Virus record (IMG/VR): IMGVR_UViG_3300029787_004704
Span: 32,001-96,000 of that record
DNA from: a virus
Strand: one strand, 5' to 3'
Length of the DNA stretch: 64,000 nucleotides
The stretch's first letter is position 1, and every line of letters begins with the position of its first letter. A model generated the notes under the pieces. That model was not told where the DNA came from, ran no database searches, and saw nothing but the letters and a program-made list of their open reading frames with translations. A program made the translations under genes and the position numbers. This document shows positions 26,128-37,642 of the stretch, piece after piece.

Positions 26128-28536
26128 ATGAAGATTATCCAAGGACAGGAAAAAGTAATTCTACGAGCAGTTTCGCCGGACGGGGGAACTACATCAGGAG
26201 ATTTGTTAACAGCTTTTGCAGAAGATAGTGGCACAACAGGTATTAGAATTTCCAATCTAGAAGTAGAAACACAAACAACACTTAACAGCACAACAACCAC
26301 AATTGAAGATTCGTTTTTAGAAGTAAACAGAAATAATTCAACAGCAGACAGTGAAGATTCAGGAATATTTTTCAATAGAGGATCTGTTGATCATGCACTA
26401 TTATATTGGGACGCAGGTGATGATAATTTTGTAGTAGGGACTACAACACATGAATCAACAGTAACAGCAATTTCAAATGTTACTCTCGGACAACTCAAAG
26501 TTGCCACAACCCCAAGTCATGCAAATCATGCCGCAAGTAAAAGTTATGTTGATTCAAAAACAATCACAGTAGCAGGAGACAACAGTGCGGCTATCACAAT
26601 AGATTTTGATGATGCAGAATTAGTATTATCAGGAGGAACTAGTATAACCACTGCCACCACAGCAGGAGGTAACGCTTTTGAGATAAGTGTTGATGCCGCA
26701 ATGACAGGAATCAACTCAATAACATCAGCCTCGGCTGAAAATATTACATTAGTAGCACAAAGTAATTTGATTGTGATCGACGATACAATCACATTTAATT
26801 CACAATTAGCATCAGATCCAAGTGCGGCAAGCATTGCCAAACTGTATGCTAAATCTCCTTCAATAGGCGGCACAGGATTATACGTAATTCATAGTGGTGT
26901 CAATGGTGGCGAATCGACAGAGATTATGGGTCAAACAAGTAACAATCTAGTTGTGTTTGGAGATGACTCAACTACAATGGAAATTTTGATTCCAGATGTT
27001 CCTTTGACTGTAAGTGGAGGTAACAGCATAACAACTTCTACTTCAAGTACACAAACTTTGACAGTAGCATTAGACAATCAGATTTTTGTAAATGAAATAT
27101 CATCAAACGACTCAACAGGCGTTACTCTCAAGGATGATTTATTATTAGCAGGAACGTTGAGAGCCGAAGATTCTACTAACATAAGTGTTGATGGAGGTAT
27201 GCAGATTAGTGGTGTGGTTACTGGATTAACTATAGAAGCAACAGGTGACACAGCGGCCAATGACAATGCCGCAATGGGATATACAGCCGCAGAAGGTTTG
27301 ATATTGACTGGACAAGGATCTACAAATGATGTAACAATTAAAAATGATGCTGATGCTGATGTAATTGAAATACCAACTGGTACAACCAATGTAACTATTG
27401 CAGGAACACTAGGAACAGGTGGATCTATTACTGCTACAGGCTCATTCATAATTGGCTCAGCTGACATGAACGAGGCCGACCTTGAAAAATTAGACGGAAT
27501 CACAAACGGTACAGTAGCGGCATCCAAAGCAGTTGTTGTAGATGCAGACAAAGATGCATCAGGATTTAGAAACGTTACAGCAACTGGTTCATTCATAATT
27601 GGCTCAGCTGATATGAACGAAACTGATCTAGAAAAACTAGACGGAATCACAAACGGCACAGTGGCGGCAAACAAAGCAGTTGTAGTTGATGCCTCGAAAG
27701 ACATCGGCACATTTGGAACAATTACTGGCAGTGCTTTAGTAGTTGAAACTATATCTTCAGCAGACTCAACCAGTGTATTTTTTAATGATGGGATTACCAT
27801 AGCAGGCTCGATCAAAGCAGATGATTCTGCTACAATTAATATTGATGATGGACTTGACGTCGAAGGTGCTGTAACTTTAGGTTCAACAGTATCGCTAGGT
27901 GACACTATGAGTATACCTGATTCTGTCAAAATATTGTTTGGTACAGGTAATGATTTAGAAATTTTCCATGATGGTACTGATAGTGTTATTAAAGATGGCG
28001 GAGCTGGCTCACTTGAAATTAGAGCCACAGATTTAAAAATTAACAACAGTGCTAACAATCACAATATGATCAAAGCAATTGATGGTGGTACTGTTGAACT
28101 TTATCATAATAATGTTAAAAAAATAGAAACCACTGCTACTGGCGTCACAGTGACAGGCGGAATAACATCTTCAGGGGCAACCATAATGACACCAGTAGAT
28201 GATTTAGCAACATCAACCACTGCTTTGTCATTGACTGCAACAGTTCATTCACTTGCAGTAGGTGAAGCCAATTACACTTTGGCCGCAGGTACAGAAGGAC
28301 AAATTATGCACTTTGTGATTGCAGGCGGCGACTCTGTGATAGGTAATGTTGCAAACACAACTGTGACAATATCTCAGGTTAGAGACCCAGATGATGGAGA
28401 TGTGTTGGCCACTTATGCATGGAGTCCATTTATAGGAAATCAAGCAGGCGATTCAACAACACCTAAACGTACACTGGCAACCTGTGTGTTTGCCAATGGT
28501 GCTTGGAACCTAGATCAATATAACGATATCACATAA
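26128..28536 (+). CDS. virion fibre/decoration protein
   Basis: 802 aa, T/S/G/A/D-rich; shares DLEKLDGITNGTVAASKAVVVD repeats with the next ORF. Confidence 0.7.
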   Translation: MKIIQGQEKVILRAVSPDGGTTSGDLLTAFAEDSGTTGIRISNLEVETQTTLNSTTTTIEDSFLEVNRNNSTADSEDSGIFFNRGSVDHALLYWDAGDDNFVVGTTTHESTVTAISNVTLGQLKVATTPSHANHAASKSYVDSKTITVAGDNSAAITIDFDDAELVLSGGTSITTATTAGGNAFEISVDAAMTGINSITSASAENITLVAQSNLIVIDDTITFNSQLASDPSAASIAKLYAKSPSIGGTGLYVIHSGVNGGESTEIMGQTSNNLVVFGDDSTTMEILIPDVPLTVSGGNSITTSTSSTQTLTVALDNQIFVNEISSNDSTGVTLKDDLLLAGTLRAEDSTNISVDGGMQISGVVTGLTIEATGDTAANDNAAMGYTAAEGLILTGQGSTNDVTIKNDADADVIEIPTGTTNVTIAGTLGTGGSITATGSFIIGSADMNEADLEKLDGITNGTVAASKAVVVDADKDASGFRNVTATGSFIIGSADMNETDLEKLDGITNGTVAANKAVVVDASKDIGTFGTITGSALVVETISSADSTSVFFNDGITIAGSIKADDSATINIDDGLDVEGAVTLGSTVSLGDTMSIPDSVKILFGTGNDLEIFHDGTDSVIKDGGAGSLEIRATDLKINNSANNHNMIKAIDGGTVELYHNNVKKIETTATGVTVTGGITSSGATIMTPVDDLATSTTALSLTATVHSLAVGEANYTLAAGTEGQIMHFVIAGGDSVIGNVANTTVTISQVRDPDDGDVLATYAWSPFIGNQAGDSTTPKRTLATCVFANGAWNLDQYNDIT

Positions 28537-28594
28537 TATCCCCCATAATAGATAACCCGGCCAACGAGTTGCTTTGGATTAAATACACTCATAC

Positions 28595-31500
28595 ATGACC
28601 AAACAACGTATTCAAATAGGTGCTATTAACTCTGGATCCGGCGATACCTTAAGAGCCGCGATGATAAAAATCAATAACAACTTTGATGAGTTGTATGATT
28701 TACAGGGACAAGACTCTAGTGGTCAGGGCATTGATATAAATGGAAACACAATCACATCAAATTTTGAAGACACTGACATAACATTATCACCAAACGGCAC
28801 AGGTGACATTGTAATGGATGGTGATCTTGTTGTTACTGTTATAAAATCAGATGATTCTACAGAAGTTAAAATAAGTGATTCATTGAACGTCACAGGCACA
28901 GTGACAGCAACAGCATTTGTTGGTGATGGATCAGGACTTACAGGAGTAAGTGGTAGTGGTGGTGGCGGCGGTGACTCTACAGAAGTTTACACAAATATTT
29001 TAAGATCAAATGACTCCACTGCTATCCAAGTTGCAGACAATTTAGTACCAACAGCAGATGACACTTTCAGTTTAGGTACAGCAGACAAAAAATGGTCAGC
29101 AGTGCATGTTTCCGGAGGCACTATATTCTTAGGAAACTTACAGATCAAAGATTCAGGATCAAATTCATTACAAATTTTAAGGTCAGACGGGTCTACTACG
29201 GCGGCAGTTGAATCTACAAGCACAACATTGAATGTTGTAGGTGATGACTCCACTGACATGGAAATTGTAGTTGGCACAGATAGATTACATTTCCAAGGTG
29301 GCACAAACATTGAAACATCCACAGACAGTGGTGCACAACTTACAATATCTACAAGTAACACTCCAACATTCAGTGGCACAGTCACAGCAGGTGGATTAAC
29401 AATTGGATCAGCAGTAATTAATGAAGCAGAACTAGAAACTATTGATGGTGTCACAGCAGGCACTGTGGCAGCTTCCAAAGCAGTGATTGTTGATGCCAAC
29501 AAAGACGCGGCATCATTTAGAAACATTACTGCCACTGGTGCAGTAACAGGTGGCTCTTTTGTAATTGGATCTGCAGACATTAGTGAAGCAGATCTAGAAA
29601 AACTAGATGGAATAACAAATGGAACTGCCGCGGCAAATAAAGCAATAGTAGCTGATGGCAACATTGATGTTACTGCAATTAGAAATCTTACACTAACAGG
29701 AAACATACAGGTTGGTGGCGACATGACTGTGAGTGGCACAACTACATCAGTCAACACAACAAATTTAGAAATATCAGATGCACTATTAGAACTAAACAAA
29801 AATAACTCAGGTGGTGCAGATACTGATGCTGGACTATTAATACAAAGAGGATCTGCAGGCAACAATGCCGCGTTTTATTGGAATGAAGGTGCTGACAAAT
29901 TCAAAGCAGTATTAACCACATCGGCAGCCACAGCAAGTGCAGTCACTGACTCAAGCACAGCAACCATTGTTGCAAATCTTGAAGGAGCAGTAACAGGCAA
30001 TGCCGACACAGCAACAGCTTTAGCCACAGCAAGGAATATTGGTGGTGTTAGTTTTGACGGTACTGGAAATATAAATTTACCTGGTGTAAACACTGCCGGT
30101 GACCAAGACACAAGTGGAACTGCCGCAATAGCAACTAAGATTATAGTAACTGATAACGAAAGTACAAATGAAAATAATGTAATTTTGTTTGCGTCTAGCG
30201 TAGGTGATTCGAGTACTGCAAGTGGAAGTGGCGTAGAATCTGATGGTAACATGACATACAATCCCAGCACAGGCAAAATCACTGCTACTGGATTTATAGG
30301 TGCTGTAACTGGTGATGTTACAGGTGATGTTACAGGTAATGCCGACACAGCAACAGCTTTAGCCACAGCAAGAACAATAGGTGGTGTGTCATTTGATGGC
30401 ACAGGAAATATTAACTTGCCAGGAGTTAACACTGCTGGTAACCAAAATACAAGTGGAACAGCCGCGATAGCAACCCTTGTAACAGTAACTGACAACGAAA
30501 ACACAAATGAAGAAAATGTTGTTACATTCGTTGCTGGTGCAGATGCAGATGGTGGCAATGTTGGCCTTGAGTCAGATGGAAACTTTACATATAATCCAAG
30601 CACAGGGGCAGTAACAGCAACAAAATTCAAAGGTGATGGATCAGAACTTACTGGAATAAGCGGTGGTGGTGGATCAAGCACATTGAACGTTGTTGGTGAT
30701 GATTCAACTGACATGGAAATTACGCTTGGAACAGATAGATTATATTTCCAAGGTGGCACAAATATTTCAACGTCAACAGACAGTGGGGCACAACTAACAA
30801 TTACTGTTGCTGATGCTCCAACATTTAGTGGTGCAGTCACTGCCGCTGGATTTACAATAGGCAGTGCCGCTATTAACGAATCGGAACTTGAAACAATTGA
30901 TGGTGTCACAGCAGGTACTGTGGCCGCAAGTAAAGCTGTCGTAGTTGACTCGAACAAAGATGCAACAGGATTTAGAAACGTTACAGGCACAGGAGATGTC
31001 GAAGGTGCAAGTTTAACTGTTACAAGTGGCGTTGCCATTACAGCATCAAGTGGCGATGTTACTGTTGCGAATGCAACATCAAATAAAGATTTAATATTCA
31101 CAGTAAATGATGGTGGCTCTGCTACTGAGGTAATGAGATTAGATGGTGATGTGTCAGCATTATTAGTGGCGTCTGGGAAAGAATTGAGATTTGCAGACTC
31201 CGGAGAAAAAATATCAGGTGACGGCACTGACTTAACCATTGCATCAGGAGCCAAAATAAACCTAACAGCAACATCGGATGTTGTTGTTCCAGCTAACGTA
31301 GGAATTACATTTGGCACTGGCGAAAAAATTGAAGGCGACAACACAGACTTAACTATTACTTCAGGTGCTAAAATTAATTTGGCAGCTACTTCAGATGTAC
31401 ATATTCCAAATGATGTTGGTATTGTGTTTGGTGGAGATTCAGAAAAAATTGAAGGAGATGGAACGGACTTAGTCATATCTGCAAATAATTTAACAGTTGA

Positions 31501-34500
31501 CGCGGCCGCTGATATAATTTTAGACGCAGGTGGCAATGACTTCCAATTCAAAGCAGGTGGCACTCACATATTAAGCATTGTGAATTCATCTAGTGATGTC
31601 ATAATCAAACCTATCGCTGATGCAAAAGATATAATATTGCAACAAAGAGATGGCACAGAAGTTGCTCGCGTTGAAGACAACGGAACATTCAATATTGTCA
31701 CAGACAAATTAGCAATAAATGGCACAGCGGTTACATCAACTGCCGCAGAGTTAAATTTTGTTGATGGCAGTACAGCAGGCACTGTGGTGGCATCTAAAGC
31801 AGTGGTTGTCGATTCAAACAAAGATGCTGGAGACTTCCGTAACTTAACTGGAGTAACTTTAAAAGGAACAACTTCATTACAAACACCATTGATTGAATTC
31901 ACTGATGGCGACAATGCAATTACTATTGCAAATGGAGGTGGTATTACTGCTAATACAAGTTTAACATTGGCAAGTGGTGCAACTGTTACAGCAATACTTG
32001 ATGAAGATAATTTTGCATCAGATTCTGACACTGCATTGGCAACACAACAATCAATCAAAGCATACGTTGGATCACAAACAGGATCATCAATCAGTATGAG
32101 AGTTGCTGGTTCATCAGATTCAACACAGGCAAACATTGATTTATCAAGCAATGAAGAATTCAGATTAATTGGTGGCAACAGTATTACAACAACCATAGGT
32201 AGCACTGCTGACAACACAATGACTGTGGCACTGGATGATAATATTGCAATAGATGAACTCAGTGCTAAAGATTCATCGAATATCCAAATTAAATCACCTA
32301 TACTTGCTGACAGTACAATAACTTCAGGAGCAATCACATCTTCAGGTGTTGTCACAGCAACTGGATTTACTATTGGATCTGCCGCAATAAATGAAACAGA
32401 ACTAGAAACTATCGATGGCATCACAGCAGGTACAGTTGCCGCGTCGAAGGCGGTCATTGTAGATTCAAATAAAGATGTTACTGGTTTTAGAAATGTTACC
32501 GGCACAGGTGATGTTGAAGGTGCAAGTTTAACAGTTTCAAGTGGTGTGGCAATAACTGCATCAAGCGGTGATGTCACAGTTGCTAACGCAACTTCAGACA
32601 AAGATTTAATATTCACGGTTAATGATGGTGGCTCGGCTACTGAAGTGTTTAGACTTGATGGTGATGTATCAGCTATGTTGATAGCATCAGGAAAAGAATT
32701 AAGATTTGCTGACTCAGGAGAAAAAATATCAAGTGATGGTACAGACTTAACTATCGCATCCGGTGCCAAAATTAATCTAGGAGCAACATCAGATGTTCAT
32801 TTAGCCAACGATATTGGATTGGTGTTTGGTGATGCTGGTGAAAAAATTGAAGGTGATGGTACGGACTTAACCATTACAGGTAACAATATTAAATTGACTG
32901 CCACAGCAGATGTAGTGATACCGGCCAACGTTGGAATCACGTTTGGTACAGGAGAAAAAATTGAAGGTGACAGCACAGACTTAACTGTGACTTCAGGTGG
33001 GAAGATAAATTTAACAGCAACATCAGATGTTCATATTCCAAATGATGTTGGTATTGTGTTTGGTGATGCGGCAGAAAAAATTGAAGGTGACGGAACAGAC
33101 TTAACCATAACAGGAAACAATATTAAATTAACTGCCGCGGCTGATATTGTTGTGCCGGCTAATGTTGGAATTACATTTGGCACCGGCGAGAAAATTGAAG
33201 GCGATAGTACAGATTTAACTGTCACATCCGGAGCAAAAATTAATCTTAATGCAACTTCTGATATTCACATTCCAAATGATGTTGGTATTGTATTTGGTGG
33301 CGCATCGGAAAAAATTGAAGGTGATGGCACAGACCTAGTCATATCAGCAAACAACTTGACTGTAGATGCCGCGGCCGACATAATACTTGATGCAGGTGGC
33401 AATGACTTCCAATTTAAAGCAGGCGGAACGCATATATTAAGTGTAGTGAATTCGTCAAGTGACGTAATAATTAAACCAATTGCTGACGCAAAAGATATCA
33501 TATTCCAACAAAGAGATGGCACAGAAGTTGCAAGGGTAGAAGATAATGCAACATTCAATGTTGTAACTGGTAAACTGGCAATTAATGGCACAGCAATTAC
33601 ATCAACGGCCGCTGAACTTAACCTAGTTGACGGCATCACAGCAGGAACAGTATCTGCCAGTAAGGCAGTAATTGCTGACTCTAATAAAGATGCATTAGGA
33701 TTTAGAAATATTTCAGCAACGGGTACCGCTGAGATAGGCGGTGATTTACAAGTTGGCGGAAACTTCACAGTATCTGGAACAACTACATCAGTTAATACAA
33801 CCAACATAGAAATCCAAGACGCATTGTTAGAATTAAACAAAAATAACTCAGGTGGTGCTGATGTTGATGCTGGAATATTCATACAACGTGGTTCGGCAGG
33901 TAACAATGCAGTATTATATTGGAATGAAGGAGATGACACATTTAAAGCAGTGTTGTCCAACTCAGTTGCAACTGCTGACGCAGTAACAGATTCGTCTTTT
34001 GCAGGATTAGAAGTAGGATCGCTCACTGTAAACGCTGGAGTGGCAATCACAGCATCGAGTGGTGATGTTACTGTTGCTAATGCAACATCAAATAAAGATT
34101 TAATATTCACTGTAAATGATGGTGGTTCAGCAACAGAAGTAATGAGACTAGATGGAGATGTATCGGCTATACTAGTTGCATCAGGAAAAGAATTAAGATT
34201 TGCTGACTCAGGAGAAAAAATATCAGGTGATGGTACAGACTTAACCATTGCATCAGGGGCTAAAATTAATTTATCAGCAACTTCAGATGTTGTTATACCA
34301 GCAAACGTAGGAATAACATTTGGTGATGGTGAAAAAATTGAAGGTGATGACACAAACATTACAGTCACTTCAGGTGGCGCAATCAACTTAACTGCAACAA
34401 CAGATGTTGTTGTACCTGCCAATGTTGGAATTACATTTGGTACAGGTGAAAAGATTGAAGGCGACAACACAGACTTAACTGTGACTTCAGGTGCTAAAAT

Positions 34501-37500
34501 TGTATTAGCGGCAACAAGTGATGTTGAAATACCAGCAAATGTAGGAATAACATTTGGTACAGGAGAAAAAATTGAAGGTGACAATACAGACTTAACTATC
34601 ACGTCGGGTGCTGACATAACCTTGGCGGCAACAGCAGATGTTAACATACCAGTCAATGTTGGCCTACGTCTAGGTGATGGTGGTGAGAATATCGAAACAG
34701 ATAACACAGATTTAACAATTACTTCAGGTGGAAAAATTAATTTAGCAACTGCTTCAGATGTACACTTAGCCAACGATAAAGGAATAGTGTTTGGTGATGC
34801 CGGTGAGAAAATTGAAGGTGATGGCACCGACTTAACTATATCGTCAAGTGCAAAATTAAATTTAACAGCATCATCAGATGTACACATTCCAAAAAACATA
34901 GGATTAGTTTTTGATGATAATGCTAGTGAAAAAATTGAATCAGATGATACAGATTTAACTATTGCATCAGGTGCCAAAATTAATTTAAATGCAACTTCAG
35001 ATGTTCACATTCCAAATGATGTAGGAATAGTATTTGGCGGTGCTTCTGAAAAAATTGAAGGTGATGGAACTGACTTAGTCATATCAGCTAACAACTTGAC
35101 TGTTGATGCGGCAGCTGATATTATACTTGACGCTGGTGGCAATGACCTTCAATTTAAAGCAGGTGGCACACATGTCTTGAGTATTACAAATTCATCCAGT
35201 GATGTTATCATTAAACCAATTGTAGATGCAAAAGATATTATATTCCAGCAAAGAGATGGAACAGAGGTTGCTCGTATTGAAGACAATGCAACATTTAATG
35301 TTGTCACAGGCAAGTTAGCAATCAATGGCACAGCAATTACATCAACTGCCGCTGAACTAAATGCACTAGATGGCATTACTGCTGTTGTTGGTGAACTTAA
35401 TGCTCTGGATATAGGTAGTACCGCTGTTGGAACTGCTGTTGCATCTAAGGCAGTGATACTAGATTCAAATAAAGATTATACTGGCATAAGAAACTTAACT
35501 ACAACTGGTTCATTCATAATTGGTAATGCGGACATGAATGAAACTGATCTAGAAAAACTAGATGGTATCACAAACGGAACTGTGGCAGCTAACAAAGCAG
35601 TTGTTGTTGATGGTGACAAAGACGCTGGTTCATTTAGAAATATTACAGCAACAGGTACAGTAACCACAGCAATACTGGATGTAAACTCAATTAAATCAAC
35701 TGATTCATCTAACATACGTATTGATGAAGGCCTTGATGTAGTAGGTGGATTATTCCTTTCAGAAATAAATTCAATAGATTCAAGTGCAATTGAAGTAAAT
35801 GAAGTTACTAATTTCAATGCAAACGTAGTTGTCAAAGCAGATGTAACAACAACTGGTTCATTTATTATTGGCTCAGCGTCAATGAATGAAACTGATTTAG
35901 AAAAATTAGATGGCATTACAAATGGTGCTGGTGCGGCAAACAAAGCATTGGTGTTAGATGGAAGTGCTGATGTGGCATCTGGCTTAAGAAACTTAACAGC
36001 AAGTGGCACTATTACAGGTGGCACAATCACATTAGATGGAGGATTTTCGGCAACAGAATCAAGTGGTGATGTCACAGTTGCTAATGCAACATCAAACAAA
36101 GATTTAATATTCACTGTAAACGACGGTGGCTCTGCTACTGAAGTGTTTAGACTTGATGGTGATGTGTCAGCACTACTAGTTGCGTCTGGGAAAGAATTGA
36201 GATTTGCTGATTCAGGCGAAAAAATATCAGGTGATGGCACAGATTTAACTATTGCATCAGGAGCCAAAATTAATTTAACTGCCACTTCAGATGTTGTTGT
36301 ACCAGCAAACGTAGGAATAACATTTGGTACAGGTGAGAAGATTGAAGGTGATAACACTGATCTTACAATAACATCAGGTGCAAAAATTAATTTAGCCGCA
36401 ACATCAGATGTTCACATTCCAAATGATGTTGGTATTGTGTTTGGTGGTGATTCAGAAAAGATCGAAGGTGATGGCACTGACTTAGTCATATCAGCAAATA
36501 ACCTCACAGTGGATGCCGCGGCTGACATTATACTTGATGCCGGTGGCAATGACTTCCAATTCAAAGCAGGCGGCACTCACATATTAAGTGTAGTAAACTC
36601 ATCCAGTGATGTTATTATTAAACCAATTGTAGATGCAAAAGATATTATATTCCAACAGAGAGATGGAACAGAAGTTGCTCGTGTAGAAGACAATGGTACG
36701 TTCAATGTTGTTACCAGCAAGTTAGCAATAAACGGTACAGCAATTACTTCAACGGCCGCTGAACTAAATGCACTAGATGGCATTACTGCTGTTGTTGGCG
36801 AACTTAATGCACTAGACCTTGGCAGCACAGCAGTTGGAACTGCTATTGCATCCAAAGCTGTTATTTTAGATTCAAACAAAGATTATACTGGGTTAAGAAA
36901 CGTCACACTATCAGGTGAACTTGATGCAGGAAGTTTAGATATATCAGGTGATGCTGACATAGACGGTACTTTAGAAACAGACGCATTAACAATTGGCGGC
37001 ACTGCTATCGCAGATGTAATTGCAGGAACCACAGTCAACCTTGCCACACTAGCGTCAACTGTCACTATTACAGACAACGAATCAACCAATGAAAACAATG
37101 CTTTAGTCTTTACTGCCGGCGGCGATACAGATGGTGGTAACCTTGGATTAGAATCAGATGGTACATGTACATACAATCCAAGCACAGGTAAAATAACTGC
37201 CACAGGATTTGTAGGTGACTTAACAGGAACGGCATCTGCCGCTCAATACTCTGACTTGGCAGAACGTTATCATGCTGATGCTGTGATGGAAAAAGGTGAC
37301 ATTGTTGAGATAGGTGGCGAAAATGAAATTACTAAGTCTACACAAGCAGTAAGTCCAGATGTGTTTGGTGTAATATCTCATGAGGATCAAGCGGCATTTA
37401 AAATGAATGACGGACTTCCTGATGATACTCACCCACTAGTGGCACTAACTGGAAGAGCAGATGTAAAAGTGATAGGACCAATCAACAAAGGCGACAGACT

Positions 37501-37642
37501 TGTCACATCATCTACACCAGGCGTTGCACGTAAGGCATTGATGTCTGAATGCACAGCATTTACAGTAATTGGTAGAGCGTTACAAGATAAAACAACAGAA
37601 GATATTAGCGTTGTTTTATGTTATGTGAACGCAAAATCTTAA
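28595..37642 (+). CDS. giant repeat-rich tail fibre with a C-terminal chaperone/peptidase-G2-like domain
   Basis: N-terminal GDTLRAAMIKINNNFDELY (baseplate-attachment motif); about 20 KIEGD..DLTI units; C-terminal AQYSDLAERY...VALTGR..VKV.G.I.KGD.LVTS. Confidence 0.8.
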   Translation: MTKQRIQIGAINSGSGDTLRAAMIKINNNFDELYDLQGQDSSGQGIDINGNTITSNFEDTDITLSPNGTGDIVMDGDLVVTVIKSDDSTEVKISDSLNVTGTVTATAFVGDGSGLTGVSGSGGGGGDSTEVYTNILRSNDSTAIQVADNLVPTADDTFSLGTADKKWSAVHVSGGTIFLGNLQIKDSGSNSLQILRSDGSTTAAVESTSTTLNVVGDDSTDMEIVVGTDRLHFQGGTNIETSTDSGAQLTISTSNTPTFSGTVTAGGLTIGSAVINEAELETIDGVTAGTVAASKAVIVDANKDAASFRNITATGAVTGGSFVIGSADISEADLEKLDGITNGTAAANKAIVADGNIDVTAIRNLTLTGNIQVGGDMTVSGTTTSVNTTNLEISDALLELNKNNSGGADTDAGLLIQRGSAGNNAAFYWNEGADKFKAVLTTSAATASAVTDSSTATIVANLEGAVTGNADTATALATARNIGGVSFDGTGNINLPGVNTAGDQDTSGTAAIATKIIVTDNESTNENNVILFASSVGDSSTASGSGVESDGNMTYNPSTGKITATGFIGAVTGDVTGDVTGNADTATALATARTIGGVSFDGTGNINLPGVNTAGNQNTSGTAAIATLVTVTDNENTNEENVVTFVAGADADGGNVGLESDGNFTYNPSTGAVTATKFKGDGSELTGISGGGGSSTLNVVGDDSTDMEITLGTDRLYFQGGTNISTSTDSGAQLTITVADAPTFSGAVTAAGFTIGSAAINESELETIDGVTAGTVAASKAVVVDSNKDATGFRNVTGTGDVEGASLTVTSGVAITASSGDVTVANATSNKDLIFTVNDGGSATEVMRLDGDVSALLVASGKELRFADSGEKISGDGTDLTIASGAKINLTATSDVVVPANVGITFGTGEKIEGDNTDLTITSGAKINLAATSDVHIPNDVGIVFGGDSEKIEGDGTDLVISANNLTVDAAADIILDAGGNDFQFKAGGTHILSIVNSSSDVIIKPIADAKDIILQQRDGTEVARVEDNGTFNIVTDKLAINGTAVTSTAAELNFVDGSTAGTVVASKAVVVDSNKDAGDFRNLTGVTLKGTTSLQTPLIEFTDGDNAITIANGGGITANTSLTLASGATVTAILDEDNFASDSDTALATQQSIKAYVGSQTGSSISMRVAGSSDSTQANIDLSSNEEFRLIGGNSITTTIGSTADNTMTVALDDNIAIDELSAKDSSNIQIKSPILADSTITSGAITSSGVVTATGFTIGSAAINETELETIDGITAGTVAASKAVIVDSNKDVTGFRNVTGTGDVEGASLTVSSGVAITASSGDVTVANATSDKDLIFTVNDGGSATEVFRLDGDVSAMLIASGKELRFADSGEKISSDGTDLTIASGAKINLGATSDVHLANDIGLVFGDAGEKIEGDGTDLTITGNNIKLTATADVVIPANVGITFGTGEKIEGDSTDLTVTSGGKINLTATSDVHIPNDVGIVFGDAAEKIEGDGTDLTITGNNIKLTAAADIVVPANVGITFGTGEKIEGDSTDLTVTSGAKINLNATSDIHIPNDVGIVFGGASEKIEGDGTDLVISANNLTVDAAADIILDAGGNDFQFKAGGTHILSVVNSSSDVIIKPIADAKDIIFQQRDGTEVARVEDNATFNVVTGKLAINGTAITSTAAELNLVDGITAGTVSASKAVIADSNKDALGFRNISATGTAEIGGDLQVGGNFTVSGTTTSVNTTNIEIQDALLELNKNNSGGADVDAGIFIQRGSAGNNAVLYWNEGDDTFKAVLSNSVATADAVTDSSFAGLEVGSLTVNAGVAITASSGDVTVANATSNKDLIFTVNDGGSATEVMRLDGDVSAILVASGKELRFADSGEKISGDGTDLTIASGAKINLSATSDVVIPANVGITFGDGEKIEGDDTNITVTSGGAINLTATTDVVVPANVGITFGTGEKIEGDNTDLTVTSGAKIVLAATSDVEIPANVGITFGTGEKIEGDNTDLTITSGADITLAATADVNIPVNVGLRLGDGGENIETDNTDLTITSGGKINLATASDVHLANDKGIVFGDAGEKIEGDGTDLTISSSAKLNLTASSDVHIPKNIGLVFDDNASEKIESDDTDLTIASGAKINLNATSDVHIPNDVGIVFGGASEKIEGDGTDLVISANNLTVDAAADIILDAGGNDLQFKAGGTHVLSITNSSSDVIIKPIVDAKDIIFQQRDGTEVARIEDNATFNVVTGKLAINGTAITSTAAELNALDGITAVVGELNALDIGSTAVGTAVASKAVILDSNKDYTGIRNLTTTGSFIIGNADMNETDLEKLDGITNGTVAANKAVVVDGDKDAGSFRNITATGTVTTAILDVNSIKSTDSSNIRIDEGLDVVGGLFLSEINSIDSSAIEVNEVTNFNANVVVKADVTTTGSFIIGSASMNETDLEKLDGITNGAGAANKALVLDGSADVASGLRNLTASGTITGGTITLDGGFSATESSGDVTVANATSNKDLIFTVNDGGSATEVFRLDGDVSALLVASGKELRFADSGEKISGDGTDLTIASGAKINLTATSDVVVPANVGITFGTGEKIEGDNTDLTITSGAKINLAATSDVHIPNDVGIVFGGDSEKIEGDGTDLVISANNLTVDAAADIILDAGGNDFQFKAGGTHILSVVNSSSDVIIKPIVDAKDIIFQQRDGTEVARVEDNGTFNVVTSKLAINGTAITSTAAELNALDGITAVVGELNALDLGSTAVGTAIASKAVILDSNKDYTGLRNVTLSGELDAGSLDISGDADIDGTLETDALTIGGTAIADVIAGTTVNLATLASTVTITDNESTNENNALVFTAGGDTDGGNLGLESDGTCTYNPSTGKITATGFVGDLTGTASAAQYSDLAERYHADAVMEKGDIVEIGGENEITKSTQAVSPDVFGVISHEDQAAFKMNDGLPDDTHPLVALTGRADVKVIGPINKGDRLVTSSTPGVARKALMSECTAFTVIGRALQDKTTEDISVVLCYVNAKS
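31030..36780 (+). repeat. four nested super-repeats within the giant fibre gene
   Basis: Each starts SSGDVTVANATS.KDLIFTVNDGG, holds 3, 6, 8 and 3 units of about 39 aa, and ends DAGGND.QFKAGGTH...QQRDGTEVAR. Confidence 0.85.

Noticed and set aside
26544-37432. Long antisense ORFs (up to 570 aa) opposite the fibre genes
   Set aside because: Shadow ORFs produced by the codon bias of the repetitive sense-strand genes; no independent signals.
28595-37642. CRISPR array or DGR template/variable repeats
   Set aside because: The repeats are in-frame coding units that differ at synonymous positions, not adenine-specific, with no spacers and no reverse transcriptase in the window.
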